DNA from: Eledone cirrhosa
Taxonomy: Eukaryota
Direction of reading: 5' to 3'
Assembly: GCA_964016885.1 (NCBI GenBank)
Contig: OZ024753.1
Coordinates: forward strand, 23,994,001 to 24,058,000
Length of the DNA stretch: 64,000 bases
The notes below the pieces were generated by a model that was not told the origin of the DNA, made no database searches, and saw nothing but the letters and a program-made list of their open reading frames with translations. The position numbers and the translations under genes are program-made. Shown here piece after piece: positions 1 to 13,149 of this stretch. Each line of letters starts with the position of its first letter. The first letter of the stretch is position 1.

Positions 1-1936
1 CACGTCTCTCTAGTTACACACACACACGTCTCTCTAGTTACACACACACACGTCTCTCTAGTTACACACACACATGTCTCTCTAGTTACACACACACAGA
101 GACGTGTGTGTGTGTAACTAGAGAGACATGTGTGTGTGTAACTAGAGAGACGTGTTTGTAACTAGAGAGACGTGTGTGTAACTAGAGAGACATATGTGTG
201 TGTGTAACTAGAGAGAGGTGTGTGCGTGTGTAATTAGAGAGAAATATGTGTGTGTTTAACTAGAGAGACGTGTGTATGTGTGTAACTAGAGAGATGTGTG
301 TGTGTGTGTGTAACTAGAGAGACGTATGTGTGTGTGTTACTAGAGCGACATGTGTGTGTGTAACTTGAGAGACGTGTGTGTATATAACTAGAGAGACGTG
401 TGTGTTTGTTACTAGAGAGACGTCTGTGTGTGTAACTAGAGAGACGTGTGTGTGTGTCACTAGAGAGACGTGTATTTAACTAGAGAGACGTCTGTGTGTA
501 ACTAGAGAGACGTGTGTGTGTAACTAGAGAGACGTGTGTGTGTGTGTGTGTAACTAGAGAGACGTGTGTGTGTAACTATAGACGTGTGTGTGTAACTAGA
601 GAGACGTGTGTGTGTGTGTAACTAGAGAGACGTGTGTGTGTAACTAGAGAGACGTGTGAGTGTAACTAGAGAGACGTGTGTGGGTAACTAGAAAGACGTT
701 TGTGTGTGTGTTACTAGAGAGACGTGTGTGTGTAACTTGAGAGACGTGTGTGTAACTAGAGAGACGTGTTTGTGTGTAACTAGAGAGACGTGTGTGTGTG
801 TGTGTGTAACTAGAGAGATGTGTGTGTGTGTGTAACTAGAGAGACGTGTGTGTGTGTTACACGTCTCTCTAGTTACACACACACACGTCTCTCTAGTTAC
901 ACACACACATGTCTCTCTAGTTACACACACACACAGACGTGTGTGTGTGTAACTAGAGAGACCTGTGTGTGTGTAACTAGAGAGACGTGTGTGTAACTAG
1001 AGAGACGTGTGTGTAAGTAGAGAGACATATGTGTGTGTGTAACTAGAGAGACGTGTGTGTGTGTGTAACTAGAGAGACGTGTGTGTGTGTGTAACTAGAG
1101 AGACGTGTGTGTGTGTGTAACTAGAGAGACGTGTGAGTGTAACTAGAGAGACGTGTGTGTGTAACTAAAAAGACGTTTGTGTGTGTGTTACTAGAGAGAC
1201 GTGTGTGTGTAACTTGAGAGACGTGTGTGTAACTAGAGAGATGTGTTTGTGTGTAACTAGAGAGACGTGTGTGTGTGTGTGTAACTAGAGAGACGTGTTT
1301 GTGTGTTACCCGTCTCTCTAGTTACACACAGACACGTCTCTCTAGTTACACACACACACGTCTCTCTAGTTACACACACACATGTCTCTCTAGTTACACA
1401 CACACAGAGACGTGTGTGTGTGTAACTAGAGAGACCGGTGTGTGTGTAACTAGAGAGACGTGTGTGTAACTAGAGAGACATATGTGTGTGTGTAACTAGA
1501 GAGACGTGTGTGTGTGTGTAATTAGAGAGAAATATGTGTGTGTAACTAGAGAGACGTGTGTGTGTGTGTAACTAGAGAGACGTGTGTGTGTGTGTTACTA
1601 GAGAGACATGTGTGTGTGTAACTTGAGAGACGTGTGTGTATGTAACTAGAGAGACGTGTGTGTTTGTTACTAGAGAGACGTCTGTGTGTGTAACTAGAGA
1701 GACATGTGTGTGTAACTAGAGAGACGTGTGTGTGTGTGTGTGTAACTAGAGAGACGTATGTGTGTAACTAGAGAGACGTGTGTGTGTGTGTAACTAGAGA
1801 GACGTGTAAGTGTAACTAGAGAGACGTGTGTATGTAACTAGAAAGACGTTTGTGTGTGTGTTACTAGAGAGACGTGTGTGTGTAACTTGAGAGACGTGTG
1901 TGTAACTAGAGAGACGTGTTTGTGTGTAACTAGAGA

Positions 1937-1971
<35 letters not shown>

Positions 1972-3074
1972 CTAGAGAGATGTGTGTGTGTGTAACTAGA
2001 GAGACGTGTGTGTGTTACACGTCTCTCTAGTTACACACACACACGTCTCTCTAGTTACACACACACACGTCTCTCTAGTTACACACACACATGTCTCTCT
2101 AGTTACACACACACAGAGACGTGTGTGTGTGTAACTAGAGAGACCTGTGTATGTGTAACTAGAGAGACGTGTTTGTAACTAGAGAGACGTGTGTGTAACT
2201 AGAGAGACATATGTGTGTGTGTAACTAGAGAGAGGTGTGTGTGTGTGTAATTAGAGAGAAATATGTGTGTGTGTAACTAGAGAGACGTGTGTATGTGTGT
2301 AACTAGAGAGACGTGTGTGTGTGTGTGTAACTAGGAGACGTGTGTGTGTGTGTTACTAGAGCGACATGTGTGTGTGTAACTTGAGAGACGTGTGTGTATA
2401 TAACTAGAGAGACGTGTGTGTTTGTTACTAGAGAGACGTCTGTGTGTGTAACTAGAGAGACGTGTGTGTGTGTGTCACTAGAGAGACGTGTATTTAACTA
2501 GAGAGACGTCTGTGTGTAACTAGAGAGACGTGTGTGTGTAACTAGAGAGACGTGTGTGTGTGTGTGTGTAACTAGAGAGACGTGTGTGTGTAACTATAGA
2601 CGTGTGTGTGTAACTAGAGAGACGTGTGTGTGTGTGTAACTAGAGAGACGTGTGTGTGTGTGTAACTAGAGAGACGTGTGTGTGTGTGTAATTAGAGAGA
2701 AATATGTGTGTGTGTAATTAGAGAGACGTGTGTATGTGTGTAACTAGAGAGACGTGTGTGTGTGTTACTAGAGAGACGTGTGTGTGTAAGTATAGAGACG
2801 TGTGTGTGTGTGTTTGTTACTAGAGAGACATGTATGTGTGTGTATAACTAGAGACACGTGTGTGTGTGTGTGTGTAACTAGAGAGACGTGTGTGTCTAAC
2901 TTGAGAGACGTGTGTGTAACTAGAGAGACGTGTGTGTGTGTAACTAGAGACACGTGTGTGTGTAACTAGAGACACGTGTGTGTGTGTAACTAGAGAGACG
3001 TGTGTGTGTGTAACTAGAGACGCGTGTGTGTGTGTAAGTAGAGACATGTGTGTGTGTGTAACTAGAGAGACGTG
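1..3074. repeat. Minisatellite: 14-bp core TAACTAGAGAGACG + variable (TG)n, with short inverted blocks
   Basis: Core repeated throughout. Reverse-orientation blocks (CGTCTCTCTAGTTACACAC) at about 1-97, 859-933, 1311-1405 and 2018-2113. Diagnostic variants (AGAGGTG, GAGCGACA) recur about 2017 bp apart. Confidence 0.95.
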
Positions 3075-3119
3075 TTGGTGCAGGCACCTGTGATATGTAT
3101 TTTCAGGAACTTTGATCAA

Positions 3120-3530
3120 TTCATAGAGCGTCGGACACCTTGCTTTTCAGTAAAGTCACGTCCCTTTACGTTCTGAGTTCAAATCCCGCCGAGGTGAACT
3201 TTGTCTATCATCCTTACGAAGTCGATAAAATATGGTACCAGTAACGTACTGGAGTTAATTTAATCGACTTTCCCCCTTCCCCTAAAACATGCTCGCCTTT
3301 TATCTAAATCAGAAACCATTATTTGACCAATGGCGGTGGATGGGCAGTATCGGTAGAGGGTCGGACGCCATTCTTTGCAGGAAAGAGTTGCGGCCCTTTA
3401 TGGTCTGAGTTCAAAACCCGCCGAGGTTAACTTTGCCTTTCATCCTTTCGGGGTCGATAAAATAAAGTACCAGTAATATACTGGCATAATTGTTGGCCTT
3501 GTGCCAAAAGTAGAAACAATTATTTGACCA
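3120..3530 (+). mobile_element. Tandem pair of tRNA-derived SINEs (Nin-domain-like core)
   Basis: Two about 200-bp units, each with a B-box (GAGTTCAAATCC / GAGTTCAAAACC), core CCGAGGTTAACTTTGCCTTTCATCCTTTCGGGGTCGATAAAATAAAGTACCAGT and tail AGAAACMATTATTTGACCA. Confidence 0.8.
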
Positions 3531-3539
3531 CTGTAGCGG

Positions 3540-3945
3540 GCCTTCCCTCCTTTTGTTTCATGAGCCAAGTTATGATGGAACCTCTCTCAGTTTCGACGAT
3601 AGGAATTCATTTGTTGCAATAGTTGAACGCCTTAATTAACTTGGATGTAGCTGAGTATGCCATAAACACCTTTATTCTATGGCAGAATCAGCATGACAAG
3701 CCTGACTTGCATGGACAATCCAGCATGTACGCTTCTATACCATCCTTTTCTACACAATTTCACTTCCAGATTTGGGTGTGTGACTCTTCCAACGCGTCTC
3801 ATCTCACCTCTGGGACAATGTCTATTCCATCCTTTCGACTGGGAACACAAGGAAGAGTGCCTGTTCCAACGCGTCTCATCTTACCGTCTCCAGCCGTGAC
3901 CACGAGTCTGACTGTCCTCCAAAATATTGAATGTGGTGGCTAGAG
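3540..3945 (-). pseudogene. Possible highly decayed LINE apurinic-endonuclease fragment with internal duplication
   Basis: GC-richer block. Minus-strand translation gives weak APE-like snippets (KDGIDIV, IKVFMAYSAT). CCAACGCGTCTCATCT occurs twice (about 3789 and 3866). Weak support. Confidence 0.25.
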
Positions 3946-4869
3946 ATGGTGAATAAATGGTAAAATATCAATAAACAGTCTTACTGTATTTGCTAAAGAA
4001 ATCTTTATATTTTCTTCTTAATTCATAGCCTATATTCCAATTTTACCCGGAATGTTTAATGGTTTAGTGACAACGTTTTCAAACAAGTGAAACTATTGAT
4101 TCACAGTCTACTACTTACTATTTCTACTAGTTCTTCAATACTCTCTACGAAAAATACATAACATTACATTGAAATATATTTTTCAGATAATTGGCACATC
4201 CAAACTTGTTTGGCATATTTGTATTGCATTAAACTATGTTATTTTACAAACATAATAAATGTAATGAACGATATCTGCATTGGTATTTATCTCACAGTTA
4301 TTGCAGTTTTCAGTTGTAAAACGTTTATATATAGTATGTTTAGTTCTGTCTGCTGCAATTGTATAATAATACATATATTATTACATTAGTTTTTCATGTG
4401 AAAATAACTCAATTTTCACAGCAATTAAACAATTCTATATTGATAAGTAATTCGATCTGCAAAGATGTATGATGTTCACCTTAAGTGATAATGTTGTTAG
4501 AAAAAGAAAGAATTATTGCTTTACGCACCGGAAAAAAAAAATCTAAATTTCACAGAACATTGAAAAAACTAACAATTCCTGATATATAAGAAATACATTT
4601 TTTATTGTCGTTTAGTTCGTAGAAAACTCATTGCCCATGTCACTTTCCAGGGCCTCCGAGATTAGATTCTTAGAAGAAAGAAGGTTATACTTATACTGGC
4701 GACCTGGGGGGTCTATGTTTGCAAAGACGACCAGAGACCAGATGGTGGATTAAGTCTACCACCGAATTAGGTATGGGAGGAATTTGAATTCAGAGTGCAA
4801 TAAATACCGCAAGGTATCTCGCCTGATACTCTAATCCAACAACTCTTCCCTTAATCTAGTGCCTTACAC

Positions 4870-4970
4870 TGACATTTTATTTACCGACTCCAGAAAGTTC
4901 AAAAGGCAAAAATAACCTTCGCAGGATTTGACATCAGAATGCATCTAACGCTTTCACGTTCTAACGCCTC
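4870..4970 (-). mobile_element. Degraded SINE fragment (same family as 3120-3530)
   Basis: TTTTATTTACCGACTCCAGAAAGTTCAAAAGGCAAAAATAACCTTCGCAGGATTTGAC is the reverse complement of the SINE core. Confidence 0.5.
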
Positions 4971-5684
4971 AAGATTGAAATATATATTTGCATAATATGA
5001 ACATATGATGCTTGGAGTATGTATATACGACATTTAGCAAGTTGTCGGTAAAGAAATCCCATTTAAAGGAAATGCTCTGAATTACAGAATACTTTGTAAT
5101 CTCAAAGAGACCATTAAACAAGATTAGATAAATGTCAAGATATTTGGCAGTGAAAGGATAAGCTACATATAACGAATCTCTCATCAAATATTTCTGAAAA
5201 TGCGGTTTTCTATGAAAATGTTTCCGCAGTGAAAATGTAGAATCTGAAAAACAAATTCTGAAACACAAACATATTTCAAATGCAGTTGTAAGTAGTATTT
5301 TGTGTGAATGTGCAGAAATGAATTGTTATTTATCCAAGCTGCAGCGTGTTATTTGAGGCTTTTTAGTTAGTTTGTAACTAAAATACAAAGCTGATATCAA
5401 AAGGCTGAAAGGTTCATAAGCTAACTATGAAGGAGTGATGCTAGAGCTGTGAAATCTTGCATTAATAACTGCATTGCTTTTTTCCAGGGACTATGTTGTA
5501 AAGTAAACCTCATCTGTTCATTCCAAGAGAGTATCAGCCTATGAAGTTTTCAGCCCATGAACGATCTTCGTATTTGGAGTCCCTTGCTCATTTCTGCTTT
5601 GTAATTTTTCGAGAGGATATATAACTATCTAGAATATAAATACATTGAAGACTAAGGGATAGTCTGCATCTGAAATACCATTAC

Positions 5685-6130
5685 GGGTGAATTGGTATAA
5701 TCGGTGCGTCGATCAATATGCTTTACGGCATACAGTTACGTCCGTTTGCGTTCTGTGTTCAAAACCTGCCGAGGTTAGCTTTGCCTTTCATCGTTTCGGG
5801 GGCGATAAAGTACCAGTAACGTTCTAAAATCGATTTAATTGTATTCCCCTCCCCTAAAATTGTTGGCCTTGTGCTTAAATCAGAAACCATTATTTCAGCT
5901 GTCCAGGGTGGTGAGTTAGCAATAATCTGTAGAGCGTCGAACAACATCATCTACGGCATAGATTTAAGGGCTTTTACATTCTGTGTTCAAATCCTGTCGA
6001 GGTTAGTTTTGTTTTTCACCCTTACGGGGTTGATAAAATACGAAAGTCAACGTGTACCAGTAATACACTTTGACTTTCATCTTCTCTTTAAATTGCTGGC
6101 CTGATATGAAAAGTAGAAACAATTATTTGA
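5685..6130 (+). mobile_element. Second tandem pair of tRNA-derived SINEs
   Basis: Two units with GTTCAAAACCTGCCGAGGTTAGCTTTGCCTTTCATC / GTTCAAATCCTGTCGAGGTTAG cores and AGAAACMATTATTT tails. Confidence 0.75.
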
Positions 6131-7269
6131 ATGACAAAGAAAATCAAAATCTGTTTTGTATAGGTGCAGCTTAAATTATAATACCGAAATTTTGTTTACG
6201 AGAAAGAATTATCAAAAATATAAATCGATAATGAGAAGAATATCTATGACAGCAGAGTAGAATTATTTTAGATTTGCTGTGTAACAAAAGTAAGAACACA
6301 TGTGATATAAAATTTATTTTCAAAAATGGTATAAAACTTAGATTGTCCCTCTAAGTTTTTTATTCACATAATTTTGATATATATACATATTTTGTACGTT
6401 ATATGCGTAACTCTATTTTCAATTTAAATCACAGAAACCTTCGAGAAGGAATATATTTAATACTTGGCTATTTCGTAACAATGATAATAAAACACAACTG
6501 TCTGATGGTATTTTATGTATTTTTTGTAGGAATGATAATAAAACATCATAAAATTCTAATCACATATGAATTACGATCTAAGCTGAATCTTTTCATAGTG
6601 ATGATGGTCTTTAGGGTTATTTATGAGAATCAAGATAAATAAAATCTTTTTTATAACTTTTCGTTCTTTTAACTAACATTGAAGCGGTATAAATTGAAGG
6701 AGCACTTCATACTTTTCAAATATTACATCTTGAAGTAAGTAAATCAACCCGCTACTGAGGAACGCTGCATTAATGTATGAGGAACATACATAATAGGAAA
6801 ACCTTCAAGTCCTGAATGGTTGACCGTAAACCTTTATATAATTCGAAATTTAGAAAACGCAAAGAAACATTACATATAGTTTTTCTTGGTGATTCGATTA
6901 GGAAGCTTAGAGCTGTCATCATCTCAGTATGACTGCGTTACTGAAAGTTAAACGTAATAATGTGAAAATGTAACAATAATAGTAGAAGTGTCAGAGACAA
7001 CTTAGATAAGAAAATAATTACCCTTCATTTAGAACTAAAGTTCTTAGTTTTGGTACTATGTACTCTTCCAGGAATAAGATGCTTGATAATTGATAACGTA
7101 AATGTAAATATTCAAAAGTCTTTCATGTCAAAAGACGTGAGTTATAGTCCTAAATTATATGATCGATATTTAATATGTACCTAATATATTTGCTGTGCTC
7201 TGTGCAATTTACATAGTTATACCGTCAACCATGGTATTCTTCCGAACCTCCGAAATAGTCTGGGTAAAA

Positions 7270-7510
7270 AGTCTAAGGTCTGTCTGGAGCCCGAAGGCTT
7301 ATCTCGATTTCCATGGCATGAAGTGATAGAGGGTAGGAAACACCCCGCTGGACAGGACGCCAGTCCATCGCAGGGTTGAACTCCCAGCTATTGCTACTGA
7401 TACTCATTTTCAGCTGAGTATATTGGAGTAACGTGAAACGAAGTGTTTTGCTAAAGAACATAACACATAACTCAGACCAGGAATCGAACCCCCGAAATTA
7501 TGATCGGGAT
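7270..7510 (-). mobile_element. tRNA-derived SINE with CORE-like central region
   Basis: Reverse strand reads GGTTCGATTCCTGGTC...TTTAGCAAAACACTTCGTTTCACGTTACTCC...AAATGAGTATCAG...AACCCTGCGATGGACTGGCGTCCTGTCCAG. Confidence 0.65.
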
Positions 7511-8039
7511 AAGAAACCATGTTAGCCAGAGATGGATTTGAATTCAGAATGGGCAGATCAATCACTGCCAAATTTCTCTCTCTCTCACTGTTCTATTACT
7601 TAAATGTGCACTTTATTTCCCAGACCCCCAGGAGGAGGAAAAGTAAATTTAATTACGGCGAAATTTTAATTCATAGTAAAGATAGTAAGATTAAGAATTT
7701 CTGATATTTTAAAAAAAAAATATTTTTTTTGTGTCACTTTGTCTGTAGGAAACACGGTACCCATGACACTTTCCAAGGGCTCCAATGATTAGATTAGTGG
7801 CAGGAAGACATTCATATTCATACTGGCATACTGGCCCTCAATGCAGAGCTGACGTGCTTCCTCTTTTTCTCTCTCCTCGGCACCAGGGTCTCACTTGCTT
7901 CCGCCACTGCAGTGGTGAAGTACCAGCTCCTCACACTCTCCTCAGTCTCTCCAATCTCTCTCTCATCTGCCTCTCCGCACAGAACACTGAGCCTCTTCCT
8001 CACTTCTACTGTGTACCTCTGCTATAGCTCTCTCTCTCT

Positions 8040-8151
<112 letters not shown>

Positions 8152-8211
8152 AAAGTTATATTTAAATTGTTGGGTTACAACGAGTAAATATTTATAACTG
8201 ATATAAAACTG

Positions 8212-8277
8212 TATTTTGTCTGAAGAAGGCATAACATATTTTTAATATGATATCCCTGAAATATATATAATGAAATA
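8212..8277 (+). ncRNA. Type I hammerhead ribozyme motif, family A (AT-rich), imperfect stems
   Basis: TATTTTGT-CTGAAGA-AGG...CCT-GAAA-TATAT-ATA-ATGAAATA, inside a (TA)n-flanked unit homologous to 38122-38380. Confidence 0.55.
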
Positions 8278-8523
8278 AATATGGTTTTATAAATATAATT
8301 TCCATTTATTTAATATCGTATATATATATATATATATCATATAATAATAATAATATTATTTATAGTTATATATACACTATATACACTATAAACAGGAAAG
8401 GTCAGTAATTTATTACTACCTTATTACCAGTAAGAGAAATAGCTCAATGTAAGAACATCAGGTGTTTTACAGAGCAGGAATATAAATTACACAATAATCA
8501 AAGTTATGTTCAAATCATTTTAT

Positions 8524-8570
8524 TGCTGACAATCGATTCTTCCAAACTTTCGTTTGGAATCATCGGAGCA
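8524..8570 (-). ncRNA. Degenerate hammerhead motif
   Basis: Reverse strand: TGCT-CCGATGA-TTCCAAAC GAAA GTTTGGAA-GAAT-CGATT-GTC-AGCA. Stem II (8 bp, GAAA loop) and stem I are perfect; the core has substitutions. Confidence 0.45.
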
Positions 8571-9170
8571 CTAGCAATGTTTGTACATATAATTAACCTC
8601 CTATTCAACTGAACAATCATATAGATACATGGATATTAATGTTGTCATCAACAGTTTCGTATTTACAGGTGGAATGGATGGGACATTTATTACAAGGGAA
8701 TTGTACAATAATAAAGAATTAAAAGGCACAGAGTGGAATGCATGCGACAGATATTACAAGGGAATAGTATAATAATTAAAGAGGCATTAAGGAAGAAAGT
8801 TACTCGTAAAACGAGGACACCAGCAGTACATATGCAAGCATATAGAGAGTGCAAATACGTTAGGCATATATAGGAAGGAAACATGCAATGGTACTGCGTA
8901 TATATAATTATTGTATGGCAAAGGTAACACATAAACTAACATAGGTTTACAAGCATATCAAGCAGGCAAAGATGTTTGTGTATTAAAATTATGTACGTAT
9001 ACAGACGTACAGCAGTATGTATATACATACATGCACACATAAATATATGCACGTATGGGTTCACTGAACATTTATTACAATGCTCGGTTTGTTTGTAAAC
9101 AAACAGCCCGAATTATTAGCCGTACAGTGTTCGACAACCATCGTTGCCATTTTGTTCAACACTGACAAAG

Positions 9171-9217
9171 GAACGATGAACTAGTTTCTAGCTTATTAGC
9201 TGTCATCAGCACCGTAC
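9171..9217 (-). ncRNA. Minimal type I hammerhead ribozyme
   Basis: Reverse strand: CGGTG-CTGATGA-cAGCT aata AGCTa-GAAA-CTA-GTT-CATCG. Palindromic stem III region AACTAGTT; stem I CGGTG/CATCG. Confidence 0.75.
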
Positions 9218-9424
9218 ACCTTCCTGTCAGTTGATTGAACGTTTGAAAGTATATACTTTCCTTATGCATATTAACGGCTGAGCAGCCTAATTTGCATATC
9301 GAGTGAGTTAGTCAGCCGGGCGTACCGAAAACGATAAATGCAACAAATGAAATTTCATTTCTCACTCTTAATACTTAAATATAAGTATGTATATGTACAT
9401 ACATATATGTATACAGCCGACTAA

Positions 9425-10860
9425 CTGGGAAGATGTGAGGATGAGGATGTCGTCCACGTACCTTGAGAAAAAGGCGACGGCGTTGGGGTGGCAGGTGTTG
9501 AGCCTGTCGGGTGTGCTAGCGATCTCATACATGGATAGCCTCGAGCGCAAGGCACTCAACACCTGCCACCCCAACGCCGTCGCCTTTTTCTCAAGGTACG
9601 TGGATGACATCCTCAACCTCACATCTTCCCAGGAGATGGCGAGCAGAATTTATGTGACGTTCAAAAACACGGACGAGAATATTGATTTTAGTGTTGAACA
9701 CCCCAACGACGACGAGTCCCTTGCCCTCCTCGACTTCCGAATCAACATCACGGAACAGGGAGGGATCCACACAAACTTCTACCGCAAGGCAGCCTGCGGG
9801 GACTTGTTCGTCCACTACAAGTCTGCCCTCCCTAACAGTGCTACAAGAGTGTACATCACGAACGAGATCACGCGAATTAAAAACAGATGTAGCGATCCCG
9901 TGAGTGGTGTCACCCATACCAAGCCGTTCCTCGGGGTGCTGGAGACGAACGGATAGCCAGCCTCACTTACAGAGTAAGAGACACCAGACGCAAGAGGCAG
10001 AGAAACACCCAAGACAAGTGCTTCCTTAAAATCCCGCACCCGGGCGAGAAAACCACCAACGCTATCCGCAGGGCTATACGGAGAGAGGGCCTCGACATCC
10101 ACCTGGCCCACTCGGGCCCTTACCTATGGAAATGCCTCTGCAGGAAAACGGGAAATCGACTGACGCGTGTTCCCTCAGAAACTGCCCGATGCGCCATACG
10201 AACTGTTGCCTACGCACATACGTTGTATACAGGGTAGAATGTGACAAGTACAACCACTACTATATCGGTAGCACAATCCGGCCGCTACATATCCGGATCA
10301 AGGAGCACATCAACACCAGGGCCTCGTCTTTCCGGAAACACATAATGAAATGCGGAAACAAAGATGGAAGTCTCATTGTCACAGTGCTAGCGACAGAACG
10401 CAACGTCGGCACGTTACGAATCAAGGAAGCACTTTGGACCACATATAAATAACCGATCCGAGAAAAGCGAGACGAGGTGGCTGGTGTAAACAAACGAGAC
10501 AACAGCACACGCACACACACACACACAGTGGCATTCGAACGATTGTTATTGTGTGTATAGCGCCCCCACCATCCACCGACCAACAAGCGACCAGACAGAT
10601 TACTACACTGCCAGTAACAAAGACTAGTACATATAGGTAGTACAATGGATTGACAGCTAGCACCATCCCACTCCCACAATAAAGAGGAGCTGCCTCGACC
10701 TTTGCTTGACCGCACCTATTCCGCGCGCACGTGCGCTCTACAGAATATCTGTTACACACAAACGGTGGACAACAGAGGCCACGTACCTCTCCGACAGATA
10801 TCTTTCCCCCTCGGAAACCCCCCAGTTGATGGATGCGAAATCCGAAATATAGGGACAATT
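9425..10860 (+). mobile_element. 5'-truncated Penelope-like element (RT C-terminal half + GIY-YIG), frameshifted
   Basis: RT motifs FFSRYVDDIL, LALLDF, FYRK, HYKSALP (ORF 9387-9956). Endonuclease CSLRNCP...C..VVYRVECDKYNHYYIGSTIRPLHIRIKEH (ORF 10126-10452). 3' boundary approximate. Confidence 0.9.
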
Positions 10861-11269
10861 AAATCTCTCCCATGGTAAATCTATCTCGTGTTATTATTTT
10901 TATTTTTTACGCTCTTTTCTACATTCCTCTAAACACTATAATCTCATTCTACATTTCCTCTTACATCTCTCTCTTCACCACCGGATTCTGTTACCCGGAA
11001 ATTTACCCATCTGCATTGTTGAGGCTTCCAAAACGACCAAAATTATATATATATATATATATATTTCAATTGTCCTTCAAGATAGTTGATAGTTTCACTC
11101 GATGATGAACTAAAACAAATAATGACCAACCCTCGCTTCCTCTTCAAAACCAATCACAAAATTGAATGCCAACTCTAATTTTTGTGAATTAATTGAGGCT
11201 TTTGTGTTTCATTAGAAGGAATCTAATGATGTGAATTAAGTTAAAATCAAAGAGTCACCACATTTCTCC

Positions 11270-11435
11270 CAGGTGGAGGCATGTGGCCTAGTGGTGAGTG
11301 TGTTGGACTTACGATCGTAATGTTACGGTTTCGATTCCTCGTCTGATTTGTGTGTTGTGTTCTTCATAAAACACTCCATTTCACGTTACGCCAGTATATT
11401 CAGCGGAAAATTAGTACCAGTAAAATCTAGGGGTT
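11270..11435 (+). mobile_element. tRNA-derived CORE-like SINE
   Basis: A-box TGGCCTAGTGG, B-box GTTTCGATTCC, then TGTGTTGTGTTCTTCATAAAACACTCCATTTCACGTT. Confidence 0.7.
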
Positions 11436-11769
11436 TAACCCTGTCCAAAGAAGGATTGGATAGTAAAAACAAAAACGATAGAAATTTTAATTGGAACTCA
11501 CCAATTTCCTCAGATTTGACGGTGTTAGTTCAATAGTTTGTGATATAGCTTGCAGCAAAACTCCTAAGAGTTATCCTTCAAACTTCACTCTTATGGAAAC
11601 TTCTTTCTGTTTATACTTATTTCGCAGGTATTAATATGATTGGATCCTTGCTTCCTCGTTGAGTTTTAAGGTCGCCGACATTACATGGGTGTTGAACACA
11701 CTTCAGGTTTGAATGTAGTAGGGAATTGAGAGGGAGAATGTGAGAGAGAAGAAGAATGAATCAATCACC

Positions 11770-11895
11770 TTACCACTCCGAAAGGAAGAAATGCAAAGTT
11801 GACCGTTGGGAGATTTGAACTCAGAGCACAGAGAGCCTGAACGAATCCCGCAAGACATTCTATCCGACGTTTTAACCAGTCTGCCAGCTCACCAT
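11770..11895 (-). mobile_element. SINE fragment (Nin-like family)
   Basis: GAAAGGAAGAAATGCAAAGTTGACCGTTGGGAGATTTGAACTCAGAG is the reverse complement of the SINE head/core. Confidence 0.6.
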
Positions 11896-12469
11896 TGCCT
11901 GCATCATGGTATAAAATTCTACGGAAGCCTGCAAAGTTTTATGGACGCTAGCCCAGGCCTGTTCCTTAAATGAACTAATGTAAACATATTTGAATGCTAC
12001 AATTTTCACTAGTAATCTCTTCCAGTTTCTGGATAACTACTGAGAGATTCCACTATTTACTTCTGATGCCAATAATTGATTGGAAGATAAATCATTGTAG
12101 ACATTTGTACTAGATAAACGAAATACGCGGAGAACGAAATGATTATACAACAAAATTATTTTAACTGAAGTCGATATTAAAAAAGAAATTCATATCAAGA
12201 TTTTCGATTGTAGAAAGTAATCTTGAAATGGCACCTTGGAGTAAGATCAAAGAATATTGTGATATTTTGTGGAGAGATGGAGAGATGTGTCAGTACAATA
12301 GAGTAACATATTTCAAAACAACGCAACCTACGGGAAATTATTGAATATAGAAATCTAAAACTTGTTTGGTTGATTTTCAGACTGAGGAAATAAAATAAAA
12401 TTGGTCAACAGACATATAAATGTCTTTAGAATTTGAGAGAACAGAATAATAAATTACTAGAAATATTAT

Positions 12470-12603
12470 GTAGGGAATTAGCAGAATATCATCAGGGTGT
12501 CAAATTCATCGGAAATTGTTTCGGTTTACTGCGATCTGAGTTCAAATCCCACGAAGGTCAACTTCGCCTTTCATCATTTCATAAACACACACATACACAC
12601 ACA

Positions 12604-12681
<78 letters not shown>
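12470..12681 (+). mobile_element. SINE fragment followed by (CA)n(CT)n microsatellite
   Basis: GAGTTCAAATCCCACGAAGGTCAACTTCGCCTTTCATC, then CA and CT runs. Confidence 0.6.
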
Positions 12682-12685
<4 letters not shown>

Positions 12686-13149
12686 AAGCTTTAGAAAGCA
12701 ATTCCTCTTTAACATACCATATACACAAAGGCGTAAGATTAAATAATAAAAAGATTCCGTATCTGCTGCTACTACCACCATTCCCTTTCAATCGCACAGG
12801 CATTCTTACCTCCCGCTTTCTACAGTATGACAGACAATTTACGCCACAGATATTTTAAATCGATTAATACTGTGGTGTATATTTAGTAAAACTGCGTCTT
12901 GTATGACATCCAGAAAAGAGGGTACATGTATTGGAATTATGGCGAATATAGCCTTCATGTTGGTGCAGATAGGGTATCTGGGCTGGGGGTTTTCCATGAA
13001 GAAGGCAGATGTCTCTTGACTTGTAAACAACCTTTGAACACCTCGTCCTTAGAGTTCAGTCAATTTTTCGATGAGTTCAAGCCCTGTAAAATCCTGATTT
13101 TTTTTCACCGAGGCAGAGGGAACATCTTTTCGTTTCATTGATGTATGGT

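Noticed and set aside
1-3074. CRISPR-like constant repeat with variable spacers
   Set aside because: Spacers are only (TG)n length variants, the context is eukaryotic and there are no cas genes.
3950-7260. Possible host exons in the AT-rich unique sequence
   Set aside because: Only short ORFs without recognisable domains; splice structure cannot be supported from sequence alone.
10818-10855. TTGAT-GGAT-gcgaa-ATCC-GAAA near the PLE 3' end
   Set aside because: Core incomplete and stems I and III not convincingly formed.
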